Assembly: GCA_050084515.1 (NCBI GenBank)
Contig: CM114271.1
Coordinates: forward strand, 9,982,001-10,046,000
Origin: Blasia pusilla
Lineage: Eukaryota
Length of the DNA: 64,000 nucleotides
Direction: 5' to 3'
This document shows, piece by piece, positions 14,263 to 27,600 of the stretch; positions within the stretch are counted from its first letter, which is position 1; every line of letters begins with the position of its first letter. The translations under genes and the position numbers were made by a program. The notes under the pieces were generated by a model. That model did not search any database and was not told where the DNA came from. It worked only from the letters and a program-made list of their open reading frames with translations.

Positions 14263-14613
14263 CGGAATCCCCAGAATTGCTTTACTTAGATTTTGATTGG
14301 AATGACCATGTAACCTCCCTTCGCTTTTCTTTACGCATCGATTCGCGTTCTACCTTCACATACTGGATGGTTGTAACCATGTGAGTGGTAGCAGGATACT
14401 TACATTTGCGACCTCAAACTTCAAACCTTGTGGCCACCTTCAGAACTATTTTGATGAATTGGACAGGGATACCCAACTTCGTTACTGAGCTTGGCAAGAA
14501 CTCTGACTTGTTGCGGCTAAATGCTATTGACTTGATTCACTATTGGATCTGATAAGATGATACTTTTCAACCAGTCAAGTGAACATTAGAGGCACCGACT
14601 AGGATAAGTCATA

Positions 14614-17591
14614 TTAGGCTGATGAGGGGATGGGAAGGGTTGGTACAATCGGAAGCCCTTGACGGTTTAGCCAAGTCTGTCGTGGGTCTATGAAGAACGT
14701 GGACAGGAATGGTTCTGCTTCAGCTTCTCCCAAAGTTCGAGCCCAAGGTACCCGCTTGGTGATGACACTTCCAGGACCTGAACATCTGCAGCATGACAAA
14801 TTTAACGTTCTCAGGTTGTAGATCATAAACATAAATAAATTCATGGATACCCCCATTCACAGGGACAATCACTTCAAACATGGCCCAAAGAGGAAACATA
14901 ATCCCTTCTAAAATTAACCTTCAGGAACCTAGGAGATCATAGAAATATTGACAACAGATTCAAATTCAGATCCCTTGTTGAGTTTCTCCAGAATTTGACA
15001 TATGATATCTCAAAGCAGAATTATCACTTTTGTCATCTTCCTTCAAGCTCATAGAACTAAGATAATGGTGAGTAAAGGACTATTGATAGAATACTTCCAA
15101 AAGAATCTCAAGAACACAGACCACATCATTAAATCCTACCGGTATTCATAGAATGCTGCCGTCCTTTCATTGTCAGGATTATTCCAATTATTCCATCCTT
15201 CAGGGTTGATGCACCGGTCCAGCCATGTGTATGCAAACACCACTCTTGCATGAGATCCCCAAGGACGGCCCAGGTACATGTAAGGTTTACTCTCTCCAGT
15301 TCCAGTGATCACACACCTGGCCAATGATGTTAGTTCTCATCAAAATAAAAAACAATTCTTAAGAAATCAATATCTCTTTCACACCACCTAATTTACTACT
15401 TGGAGAAAATGATACAACTAGTTTCTGTTCTACAATTATGCACCTCATATGTATGTGTTCACGTCTTAACTCTAGAGAAAAGCCTTTTGCCTTTTGTGCC
15501 TTCTCCGCTAGACAGACACAACTTTCCTATCAACCATCAAGCACCTTTCCAATCTCTACCCATTTTTTAATTCATCTCAATATTATGCCATCTGGGTCAG
15601 CATATTTGATTTAGCGTTTTAGAAATTTCCTGTTCTTTCGGTTGTGAGGAATAACATTCCACTCTTGAGATTGTAGACTGAACTCTTATGAGGCCCACAA
15701 ACAGAAAAAAAGTCATGGCCTCACTTTGCAGAAAGAAATTACATCTGCATTATTTACTTCATACAATGAATGTTAAGCACACAAGTTGACCCTAGTGTGC
15801 CAAAACTTAGTTCCTGCTGTAAGGAGCCTGGTGGAATTATTTTATAGGAAGAGAAGGATATTTGATTGTTGGAACCAAGCACTAGATTCTCGCTTAGTTT
15901 GAGAGTTTCTTGGTATGAGGTCCAATAGCAGGCTATTCAGGTTCTGAAAGATATTTCGGTTGAGCCCTTTGTAACCAGGTTATTCATCACTTAGATCAAG
16001 AAAGAGCACGACCGTGACATCAACATGAACTCAAGCGCAGCCCACCAACCTGAGGAACACATAACCAGTGGTTTCGTCTGCAGTTTGCCGCTGTTGAGCA
16101 GTAATGAAGCCCTTGGACTTACAGTGAATATGACAGTGCTCGAGAAGGACAGTAGAATTGCCAAAAATGAAGTCCACGCTGCCTTCGATGAAGCAGTCCT
16201 TGAAATAATGCCTACCATAATGGAGATAAGCAGTGTCCTGCACAAATAAACCAAACGGCCATCTCTGGAGTCAAGTTCTCCACTCGGAATAACTTGGATC
16301 AATATCCAACAAAATCTCCAGTCTTGTAACAACTGATTCGTTCTTCTACTTTGCCATTTAAGCAGAGTCGTGTCATCCAACTTAGAAGTGCAATCGGTTT
16401 CTGCTGGTAGGCTCCCGGAGTCTCCAGGAGCCTGCCAATTAAATATAATTTTGCTCAAATTTCAACCCTACACGTGACTCTGAAGTTCAATCAATACATA
16501 CTCCTCAGCGCTTAAAATCACAGCAGATAGAAACCTTTTCCTCCTTTTCACCGTGGCAAAACACCATTCAAGTTGTTAGAGGACAGTACCTGCCAACCTA
16601 GAAATCGGCAGTTGTAAAATGCGCAACGATCTGCTGTGACTCGAATGGCCACGGCCTGCTGAGAGCCCTGCTCAAGTCACCACCCTATGTTTCAATTTCT
16701 ACAGCTAAGAGCAATTGTAAACTAACTCTAATGCACTGCATTCATTGAGTACATGAAGGCTCAGAGCGTAAATCTGTCTGACAATTTTCTCACAGTGATC
16801 GGCAAAGACTAGTTATCCCAATTCAAAAAAGCCATACATCCTATTTCAGTTCAGTAGACTCTTCTGAATGACTTGACCTTTGTTCATTATTCATGCCTAC
16901 CCAGAGGTCGAATTGGACAACAACATCAGTCAAATAACATCGCCAAACACAACTCCTGATTTCCACTTGTTTTCTTACTTCTTAAAGTACGTCTTTCGTC
17001 CCAAATTGCGATCAGTTTTTCAACATGTTGAGATAGCAATGATTGCATCCAAGACCATATCTCCTCTTCTCGCTCTGCAAACCCTAACAAGAAGAAAGAG
17101 GTAGACAGGTGTGCATGCCTGAGGTGCAGTATTTTCGAAGGTGATGCCTTCTGCAATAAAATCCTCTCCCTCAACTATGATGCTACCACACCCAAAAGTA
17201 CCGGTCCCGATGACCGATGCTTCCTGCACTCGACAACCGCTTTCTAGCTCAGGTGCAATTCAGTTCAAAAAACCTCTCCAATCCACATGCGGCGAGTTTC
17301 ATCATGACGACGCGAACAAGATAAGGGAACCCATGCCTCGTGATGCTGAATGTTTTTGGCGGTATTGTTCCAGCTCAGGCAAGTTCGCTCAGGATCGCTC
17401 CCTTGGAGAGTGATGAAGTCTTTGGTTTTGGGTATGTAAACTGGTTGAATGTAGAGCCCTGGGGCAATTCTGATAATGACTCTCTGCCTGTTCAGTAAAG
17501 GCACCGCATCAATTGCTTCCTGCACCGTCGTGTACTGCCCGCTTCCATACCGCGCAACGAGCATCTCCCTTCGCTGCGGCCCTCTTGACAT
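14614..17591 (-). CDS. PME31: Pectinesterase (pectin methylesterase), PME31-like, no PMEI pro-domain; six exons
   Basis: Exons 17591-17337, 17223-17119, 16667-16590, 16237-16050, 15316-15140 and 14785-14614 join in frame. Motifs: 'GSGQYTTVQEAIDAVP', 'IAPGLY', '[27 protein letters not shown]', 'GSVDFIFG', 'YLGRPW', 'GWNNW', 'FYEYRCSGPGS'. No stops seen. Confidence 0.9.
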
Positions 17592-17688
17592 ATTTCTACC
17601 TCTCCGCTACAAGTTCACCTGCAATCTACCACAACTGATTGGACCGGGATGTCCAACCCTTCTTCTTTCTATCCCCAAGGGCCTATAA

Positions 17689-17729
17689 GGTCGCGGAAAT
17701 AAGGTCGCCGCGACCTTATTTCCGCGACC
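17689..17729. promoter_or_regulatory. Perfect 19-bp inverted repeat with a 3-nt loop, ~100 bp upstream of the PME start codon
   Basis: ggtcgcggaaataaggtcg-ccg-cgaccttatttccgcgacc. The palindrome is seen directly; a regulatory role is only inferred from position. Confidence 0.5.
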
Positions 17730-19959
17730 ATTTGTATTTCGGTAAGACAAACCAATCTATCTATAAAATCTATCTATATTATTATTGGAGTGCCTTCTTA
17801 ATGTGCAAACACTCCATCTCCTTACAACTGGACTTTTAGGCAAATGGAGACAACGGGCGGGTACTTGGGGTCTGACGGCTTCTTAGGCATGTTTCTCGCC
17901 GCCGTTTTAGGGTGCTCACGGATGCTGCATTTTAGGGTTTCGGGATATTTGCCGCATTAGTTTCAAACGGTTTTTTTTTCGTTTTCAAATTTATGTCCTT
18001 AAGGTAGTTACAATCTCTTGGAGAAGGATGGTCCGTCGATTTAACTGACCTCTCACTCAACATAGACTTGCGGACAAAGCAAGAGGGCATATAGAGGAAA
18101 GACAATATTTATTGCTTCATCCAAATTACATCTCCCCACCGCTCGCGACAATCAGGTGAGGTCAGCTTTTGAGCATCCATTCAGGCTGTGAGCGTTTTGA
18201 GGTGTATTATTGATCTGAATCAAGTTGTAGTATAGTCTCCATTGCTATTGTTGCTTCACTGCTCTCCTAGCTCTACCGATCTACTATATTTTTTTATTCT
18301 AATAGTATCCAGTGCTTCCTAAAATACAGGATTGAGCTACAGTGAGCTCCGACCTAAGCCCCATCTCCAACTCCAGCTTCGTCTTCAGCTCCAACTCCAG
18401 CTCCGACTTCAACGCCGCCCCGACTTCTTTCCCAACGTGGCCTGGGTTACAACTCCAAAAAGGGTCGAGTTACTTTCGAGAGCGCTCTTGCGATGAGACT
18501 CCCAGACCTGCATTTTGAGCAAAAGGTGCAAAACAATAGCACCTACCCAAACATTACAAACAAGATTACAATGAAAAAGTCCACATAGGGGAAGGGAAAT
18601 AGCGTATCCATGGCGACATTGTCAAAGAGGCATTACGGAGTTAAGTCACTTGATATTCAACCACTGGAAAGCTCCAAGTGGTCTCCAATATCGCAAGAGG
18701 ACCTCATGCGTTTGAGCGAGTGGAAAAAGACACATTGTCCCAGTGCGACTTGGGGAGAGAGGCTCACCCCCGAACATGTACCGGGCTTCGAAAATCATGT
18801 CAAGGATTCACTCTCGGTTGGAGCATACCCTGCGTCGCCAGACAAGGGTATTATCCAAATCCATTCGAAGGTCTGGGAAAAAACGTCTTCATGGAAGTCC
18901 AAGGGACCCCCCCTTATCAACTTAGGAGGCCCAACAATGAACGAGAAACGAGGGAGCAGGCATCTTCGAAGAAACGGCAGATATTTCCATACCCCCTAGT
19001 AGAACAACAACACTCACCTTCTCATAGGAGGTCCCCAATTTACGTGAAAAGACCTACATGTACCCCAGAACCACAGGAGACTAAGAAGTCACCTTAGAGA
19101 GCAGAAAATGGAAAGAACGTAGTAGTGAATATTCAGATCTGAAGTTGAAGAGCTACGGTCAAAAGAGACACACGTGTAAGTTATCTTTGATAATGCATGG
19201 TGGTTAAGTTGTTAGCTAGATCCCATGTCTGTTTGTAGAGCATGAATGCCTCTTAACTCTCTGCCCGTCCCTAGCTTTGAGTACTCAACTCAAGTACTCT
19301 TTGGCCGAATATAGCTCTGGCCAAACAGACCTACAATGGGCTCCAAGTAATCTCTGGCCGAACATATTATAGGGCGAATAGACCTAAACTCTTAGAGCTA
19401 CTCTCATACCTGCAGACTCTCGGTGAAGGACACTCCCTTCCAATTGAGGACTACACAGTCACTCCAAAGCCAAATCCGAACCCAAATCGAGCGTGGCCAC
19501 AGCAGGCCTTGCACATGAGGAAATTCAGAACCCGAGCGAGAGATTAGTGCAAGAGTAGCTAGCTGCTAGGGGGAAAGTCAAAACCGGGGGGACAAATCCA
19601 GAGCAAAACCGCTCCAAATACAATCGAACAAAATGGTAAACACATTTATACCCCAAGCCGCACGCCGCGCACATGAGAAATTGGATGCCCGTTTGAGTAC
19701 AGCGTGGGAAGCTAACACCCTACAGAGGATCACGCTTATTTTTGTGCAGAAAGCTTTTTGGGTCATGATGTTGGCTCCCTCAGGAACGGTGAAAGTAGGT
19801 GTGGGATCTGAACTTGGAGAGGAATCCCCTCGAGTATAGACATGACATCGCCTAGCTGAAATGGCGAAGGTAGCTGACCGAAGGACGCTCACAGTAGAAA
19901 AGCCAAAAAAGCTCCCGGAGGACGCTCACAGTAGAACAGCGTGGAGGAAGCCATGGAAA

Positions 19960-20655
19960 TTTCTAACCTCTTTCCTTAGTGCATCTCCTGAACAAGCAAA
20001 ACTAAAGAACTTCGGTGCGAAGAACTTCCTATCCTGTCTTTACGAAAGACTCCTATCATATCTTTGCAAAGACTCTACTTCTTTTGCTGCTGCCTCAAAG
20101 AAGTCCTCCTCGCAACTTTCCTTCAATCCGCTTTCTTCAAAGCATTATGTCTCTTTCCATTCCTACTCTTTATACACTTTTCCGCTTTCTGAAGACCCTC
20201 TAATTCCTTCTTCTTCTTTCTTCAGCTTCTTTGCTTTCTTAGTCTTCACTCTTTGGTCTTCGGTCTTCGTTCTTTGTTCACAGTCTTCGCACAAAGACTC
20301 CTTTGGATCCTCTGCTGCAAAGAAGAAGAATTTTAGAGGTCTTCGTTGACAATCTTTGCCATCTTCTCATACTGCAGTCTTCCCTACGAAGCATCCGTGC
20401 CTCTTACTCTTACTTCTTTCCAACTCTTTTCTTACTCTTACACAGTTCTCACTCCTCCAAGACAGTCCTAAAATTTTTTTACTCTTTTTTGTCCTTTCAA
20501 CATAGCTCTTCCATTCCATGCTTCCACAAAATTTCTGTAAAGTATACCTCTTTACTTCCAGTATTGAGTCTTTAATCTTCACTCGATGAAGACTTCACTA
20601 TATTCTGTACAAAAAATGACCTTCCTATGAAAATTCCAAAAATGTGGGCACTTCA
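19960..20655 (-). mobile_element. Partial LTR of family B, truncating the RT of the DNMT-bearing element
   Basis: On the minus strand it starts 'TGAAGTGCCCACATTTTTGG', like the LTRs at 38794 and 49779. Similarity is traceable for ~700 bp; the far end was not identified. Confidence 0.75.
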
Positions 20656-21349
20656 GTTGGTAATCTCCACACATCCGCCTATCCATCCAGTTGCCATGCA
20701 TATCCTTCTTGTTGGGCATGACAGTGGTAGATGCATACTCTCCATGCGACATCTCCACTAGTCCTACTCCAACCAAGTCATGGCTCCTACTCTGAATCAG
20801 AGCCCTCTCCACGTCAGTATATTTGTAGGATCGTCAAAAGATCGGCGTGTCGCTAGACAACTCGATGCAGATCCTTGGACCCTTCAGCAAACCCAAATCA
20901 TGCATATTAAATGCAAAATAGCTCATGTAACTCCTCAAGAACTGATGTATCCGACGCCGCTCTCCTCTTGTCAACTTAAGGCCCATATCTGCCTCCCAAG
21001 TCTCCATCGTGACTATGGTAGGACTCTCTGCCGCGGGTATTGGTGGTTGCTATGGTGAAACCCCGTCTGGGAAAATGACACTCGATTGCTCCCCTGCAAC
21101 CAATTGCAACATCTCATCTCCTCCATATGCAGTACCCAGAACCACGCTCAATGCTGTGGGTGCCATCGCTCGGCGTACCTGCAAAACATCCCAAGAAGTC
21201 CAAGGGTGTCTCTCCCAATCATCCATGGTGTGTCGATCTCCTCGAGTCTTGCCCCCAGCCAGTGCCTCAATCGTCTCGGTAGGCATGGGGCTCACCAACG
21301 CAACAACTGTGATTTGTCGCATCCTCAAACGACATTGCTCAACTACTCC

Positions 21350-22276
21350 TAAGCTGAAAATCCATGTCAAGCAGTTCAGGTCTATTTCCTGACCCAAGAC
21401 ATGACGTCGTGATGCCTCTTATAGTGATGGTAATGCCGTCATTCCGCTCATCGGAGCTGGGTTCCACCAACCGCTGTATTTGGTCATCCCAAACCAAGCC
21501 AGGTTCGGCCTCCTTGGATGCATAGGAAGCGGGAAAACTCACCAATATGGGAAAGGCTCCCCGTGGCATGCCAATCTTGTTGACCACTATCAATAGAGGT
21601 CGATCATCGTATTGTATTGCTTATGACCGACAATCTGGATCCATAATAGAACCACCAACATATGGGAGGGGCGGTCCACTCTCGCATACACCCTCCATAA
21701 CACCTCATGTGGCACCAAGTTGGTCCACCAAAAATGCGGGAGATGTGCTCGTGAACCTACACTCGCTGCATCTAACAACATTTCCGGGCCGATCCATGCA
21801 CGTACATGATGTGCACTCGTCACCACGCGGGTCATCAAATTGCCCAAACCCGGCACATTCTCTAGAATATATGTCGGAGAACGAGATTGATGCTCCTGCA
21901 AGTGTCGCAAGATCCGCATCATCTCCCAAAATAACCTAGATCGAGTGTCAGCCAACCTACTAACTCATCTAGCACTCTACTGGCCCTAACATGGCCAACC
22001 AGCAATGACCAAATCTATGGCCCCTACCCACTCCAAGTCATGCGCCCCCAGCAATGAAATGTCACTCGGTAGGGAACCCTAGTACCCCTGGACGGTGGAC
22101 GCAGACAACAAGTAGAGAAATCGAAGGCGTAATTGTGCCACATGGTGAAGTGAAGCGCATCTCGCTACATCATGAATCTCAACATATAGGTACTGCTGCA
22201 CGCGCACTCCTGCCTGCAAAATAACAGCTAAGCCATTATTGATCCCTCCACAGAGATCCAACATCCGAATACCCTC
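21350..22276 (-). pseudogene. DNMT3-like DNA (cytosine-5) methyltransferase domain inside the retrotransposon pol
   Basis: Motifs in canonical order: I 'IRMLDLCGGING'-like (MLDLCGGINNG), II 'YLYVEI', III 'SDISLL', IV 'IDLVIAGWPC*G' (~22018-21983), 'RSRLFWEMMRIL', VI 'YILENV', VIII 'DAASVGSRAHLPHFWWTNL' and X-like 'LGQEIDLNCLTWIF'. Confidence 0.85.
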
Positions 22277-23427
22277 ATTTGGGATGCACCACACAATTGG
22301 TGTGGTGTCCAAGGGTGTCATCATAGCACTCATGGCTACCTCGGGTTCCTCTGACCCGACATGCTCTGGTGCAAATGCTTCACTCCACGCCGTCTGCACG
22401 TGCTCATCAGCTAAGCGTCAAAGCTCCTCACTCAAGCCCCACAGCGGCACCTCTCCTCCACGGAATGATGCGGCTACCATAACACTCCTCTCCCTAGAAG
22501 TGTCAAGTGCGGGTGTGTCCTTTGCATGGATATGCCCCTCAATCAAGTCACAAGGCCACGTGATGGCGCTGTTGAATGCTGCTATTATCGCCATCTCTCC
22601 TGGTTGTCGCTCGATCACTCCACCGGTGAATCAAGCGGGTAATGAGCTAAGTTTCCCATCACCTGACTGCCATCCTAGTCTATAGGACGTTGACTCCTCT
22701 AGGTAATCCAAGGAAAACCCCATCGAATACAACTCTGCTCCACCAACCAAGACGTTGTAGGACTCAGCATCAGTCACTATCGCCTTGGCTCACATCACGG
22801 ATTCATTTGTAGGATGTCTTGGGTGAATCCTCACCACGACCTCGTATTGGGTGATAAATTGTGTGGTACTCACTCCACCCAAAGATGTCTGTATCTTGAA
22901 TGGACAACCCTCCACATCGGCTCTCGTGAGGCCCAAACCCGTGAATGCCGCTTTCCCCAACATCAAGGGTTGCACTCCCGAATCTAACAAGACGCGCTGC
23001 GGAAAAAATAATCTACCTGCTGGACTCACCAACTGGAAGATCTCTCCCTGGTTTTCCAACAACACACCACTTGGAGCAACCATGGCACACTCTATCGCGA
23101 GTCTAGCGGGCATTTCCGCCATCCTAGCAACCGCAACCTGCCATGAATATGAAGTGGACGGCCCAAGTTCCAAGGGCAGGTCCTTCACCTCCTTTGCAAT
23201 CACCTTTGAACGTTATGCAGGAATACCATCTCCATGCTCACGTAGCGTAGCGGCCAGCTAGAACACCTTGGCGGGCGTACCTCCCAACGCCATAACATCC
23301 GAAGCACAAAACAAAGGAGCACGGTATACCATTGTGGCCGCCCCCAACATCATACTCAACATATGCTCCTCTCGAGCATTAGCAATAGGAGTCATCGCAC
23401 TCACTTCTCCCATTGCCCTTTGTGCCT

Positions 23428-24647
23428 TGTAATGTACAAGAGTTTCTATTTTACAGTCGTTTTAATAAGTTCGATCCCCAAGAGGATCATTGTTTGATGA
23501 AAAGAGAGTTCGGAATTACAATTCTGTTGTAATAGTTGTATTTAAATGTGTGAGTTATATTCTATGTCTTATCAATATCTTATGATCTTTCTTAGTACCA
23601 AAGGATCTTTTCTCGATTCTCTCTAGTGGACTTGACATCATGTTCAAGTAGATTTTTCTCTCGACATCAAGAAACCTCACAGAGATCTCAACACGAAAGC
23701 TGGTTTCTCCTACTTTCGGAACTCAATCCGTCTCGGCAGGCTACTCTCTGTCAAACAGATTTCCTACAACTTAGGTTGATTATTTCACTGATGAGAAAGG
23801 TTCGCCTGATTCACTCTTCACTCTATAGACCCAAAAAAGAATACTCAGACATAAGCATCGCACATCAGAATGAATGAATGATTGCTTTACTACTCCATCA
23901 AGAACGAGAAAGCTTCAAAGTGTATACAAGCTCAAGAGGGTACTACTCTCTTGCTCGGATCATTCCTACAGCATAAGGACTTCGTAAGAGAATGATGATT
24001 ATGGCTTCTGTCTTGCTTCTTAAATACTCGCTGGAGTAGGAGTGATCCAAAGATTCGAAGCGTTCTTGATGAAGATGGTGTCTCTTCAGCATTTGTAACT
24101 ACATAGATCTATGGTTCTCTTAGTTTTTCCTACGATCCCTGTGAATCCGCGGCACAAAACTGTCCTAACTACCAATTTGATACAAAGGGTGGCGCCCCTT
24201 CCTAGTCTAACTGTTCTAACGTGCGTCGCTTGAAATCACAGTCCTTCTTAGCTTTGCTTCGCTGTACTTCATGAGGACAAAGCACTTCATGATTCTTTCT
24301 TATTTCAGGTGCTTTGTGCTTCGCACTTCGTACAAGAGCGAAGTACTTCTTTCTCTTCCTCTTCATGCTTTGTTCAGGAGTGAAGCACTTCATAAAAAGG
24401 TTCTTAACAGTGCTTCGTTGTCTTTTCCAAGCTTCGCGTTGGGTCTTTAGACTTTGTTATTGCATTTCCCTCTCCTCTAAGGCAAATCCTTGATCTTCCA
24501 TCTCTCTGCCTTGTCCCAAGAGCTTCGTAATTCACTCATTCTTCCTCATAATAATAAATAATCAAAATCAAAATCATAATGTATATACAAGTCTTCTTTG
24601 AATAAAAAGATGTATTTCTTCAAAAGTACAAAATTGTGGGTATCACA
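23428..24647 (-). mobile_element. Solo LTR, family A (copy A1)
   Basis: TG...CA termini (tgtaatgtac...gggtatcaca) with the 5-bp TSD TGCCT on both sides. Homologous to 42421-43677, 47609-48874 and 59491-60343. Confidence 0.9.
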
Positions 24648-27600
24648 TGCCTAGACACCAACAACATCAACTCTCCGAGAGCTTTGATCAGGACCCATCG
24701 ATGGGGTCCTCATCGCCTCGGCTAACGTGAAAGACTGAGGACGTTTGTTTTATGGCTTCCCCTCTCTGTGGATCCAACTCTACGGTGGCTCCACGTGTAA
24801 CAATAGCGGGTGCCTCCAAGTGGACAATCGCGCACATCCAGCCAAGATCCTCCATATCTCCATCTCTTCCATAAGACGTCGATGCCGCAGATCCGACATG
24901 AGGTAACCTCAATGCCATAGCGGCAATCTACCACTGTAATTTCCGTATCTGAGCAGCCATCAGAGCCTCACGCCCGACATCTCCCTCGACACGTCTAGGT
25001 GGTGGAACTCTACCTCCTTCACAGGCAACTCCACCACCCTATCGGGAAAATCCAACTCCTCGTCCCCCAACGGGACCACTTGATGCACGACCTCTAGGCC
25101 CACCCGGACCGGCAACTCACTCTGGCCCTCAATCTGGACATAACTCAAGGTGTAGGCTGAGAAACCTGGCGCGTGTATGACCATACCTTTGGGAATAGTC
25201 ACACTGATAAATTCCTGGTGTAGCATCATCTCCTCCTCCATGTTGAGGCACGCGTCCACCACCGTGACGGATGCAATGGCGCTAGTGATGGGCTCCACTA
25301 TATGCCCAACAAATAATCGCATGCAACTAGTACTGAGCCGCAAATGAAGGCGCATGTCTCTGTGGCAGGGCCTCCTGGTATCCACCCTAAGCTCGTGGTG
25401 CCGCATACCTCTCTCAAAATCCATGTTGCTGTACTGGTGGTGAAGGAAATCGTAACTGCTCTCGCCCGGAACCCATGGTGGCTACGCTCTCCTCCGCCAT
25501 ATTGCGCTCAATATTCTTGCAGGTTGTAAAAACATCTCTCAACGTAGGTGAGGTGTGCCTAAGAAGTACTCCATCCCTCACCCATTTCCCCAGGTCTCGG
25601 TTCAACATCGCGTACCATGCCTGGATAGCCTAGGACTCTACCATCCCCTGAGTAATGCTAATCAACCGGTGTAAGCGAGTGTAGGCCTCACGCAAACTCT
25701 CATCCGGGCGCCTTTGGAAGTCATGGATGCTCCGCAACTTCTACGTATGTACCCCTTGGTAGCTCATCCGCAACTCAGCAAAGAACTCAACGACGGGGTT
25801 GAACTTGAGACGAACCCGACTGGACGATGCAATTACTCCAGTTCGAGTTACCCCTCCTAAAACATCACTGATGGAAGAAGAAGTAGCCTCTCCTAACTCC
25901 TCCTCCTCATCTGGAAACGGCTCAGTCCATGATTCATAATATGGGTCATAGTAGAATCTCCATGCCTCAATCTCTTGGGCATATCTGTGGGAGAACTCAT
26001 GGTAATCGTCCAAGGCGCCCCCTCTAAATGCTGGAACATTCCGTTCCATGTTGTCAACAGGTTGAACTCTCTAGAGTTCCTAGCCCGTTGTGAGTCACAA
26101 AAACTCCTTAACTCTGCAATAAAGTCATGCATCTCTATCGTGCCTCTAGCATCCAAAAACCTACGCGGTCCTCTACCTCGGTCGTCCATCTCGTACGCCC
26201 AACTGGTAGGACCACTCAATGTGTGCGGTGAATCACTAACATAATCCTCTACAGTGTCCCCCTTGTCTAAAGACAACACATAAGGAGGTTGAGGCGGTCC
26301 CTCATGTGGAGAACCTCAAAACCTTGAGCTACTCCACGTAAAACCTCTAGAGCTACTCTCAGGCCATCACCTCGCCTCTCCAAAGTCTCGAAAGGCCCCT
26401 TGGATGCCCCTCGTGCCCCTCTAACGCGATTACTTTCAATCCCATGAGAAATCACTCAATCATTCAAACTAAACATACAACACTCAATCTACACTCTCTC
26501 TCTCTGAGACGTGTGTTGTGCGGCAACAAGCGGCGTGGTGCGGAAAATCAGTTACTGTCCTATCAACTCATCGACAAAACACACCTTCAACTCTGGACAG
26601 TCCACACAGATCTATGTCCCCTAAACCACATACATCAATGATGCTCTCAACATCTGCACGAAACCCAATATCCCAAATAACTGCCCAGTACCCGAAATTC
26701 CCTCACACGTGCAGGGCAAAAGACTAGAATGGGTAACCTGACAACAATATCAATGTCGCTCCTCAGAAACTACAAACCTTGACCCCAAATTGATCATGAA
26801 AAAAAACTCCTCCAATTCACAAGTCGTACTCCTCTGGTACTGACGATGCTCAAATCTCTTCAATGTACGGTGCAGCAATGGCGGCACTGAATGGCTACAA
26901 ATGGCACGACACTCGGGAATGGGTGCAGCACTCAGCGGCATACCCTCCTCAACAACAACATATACTCTACTCCCAATGATGGTGCGGCTCCACAATTGAG
27001 ATGGTGCGGTGCAGCCATGAGCGGCACGACATCGCAATTGTCGGCACGTTGCGACTACGGGCGTAAGGGCACTGTACTCGATTGTCAACAAGCGGCTACC
27101 ACCTCACGACATAGCAAAGCGGAAAGCAAACTGCAACCCCATCAATCCAAAAAGGGCACCCATCGTCAGCGCTAGACAGTGCTTGCATACGCTCTGTGTG
27201 CAAATGGATGAAAAACTGCAGAACGTGAAGATGGCGCCCAAGAAAGAGTGCATGGCGGTGTAGAACTTTGGCGAGTCGATAGTGGTAAATCACAACCATC
27301 GGCTAAGTAGCGAAAATTGAAGGGCTAATGGGCTAATTGACGGATTGCTAAGCCTGACGAGTTGATGGCCACTTGACGGGTTGACGGCCATCGGCAGACG
27401 GATGGCAAGTGACAATGGCGACCTGGACGGACGGGATCAGCCGGATCGTAGTGGTTTGGCCATAGAGACAACAGGTTGGCCGCGGTCCTACGCAGGCCGA
27501 ACGGCGCAGCAGGCGGGATGGATAAGGCGGACAGAACCTAGCCGCGGGAATCTCGGAGGCAGGCTGGCTCACCCTACCTCGGCGACCCACGCGTTTAGGA

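Larger units (their letters stand above)
20656..26445 (-). mobile_element. Ty3/Gypsy-type LTR retrotransposon remnant, gag-protease-DNMT-RT (DNMT-Gypsy copy 1)
   Basis: Gag-like ORFs at 26279-24650 are homologous to 57219-58592. Aspartic protease 'RVLLDSGVQPLMLG' at 22790-23203. C5-methyltransferase at ~22276-21350. Gypsy RT N-terminus 'GLVEMSHGEYASTTVMPNKKDMHGNWMDRRMCGDY' at 20812-20656. Many stops and frameshifts; split by a solo LTR. Confidence 0.85.

Noticed and set aside
18300-19100. ORFs 18610-18999 and 18678-19097 as genes
   Set aside because: No recognisable motifs in any frame; likely decayed repeat sequence.
21350-22276. Host DRM/DNMT3 gene or bacterial restriction-modification methylase
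   Set aside because: It is intronless, lies in line between retroviral protease and RT, has a second fragment tied to the family's 3' end, and has no bacterial gene context.
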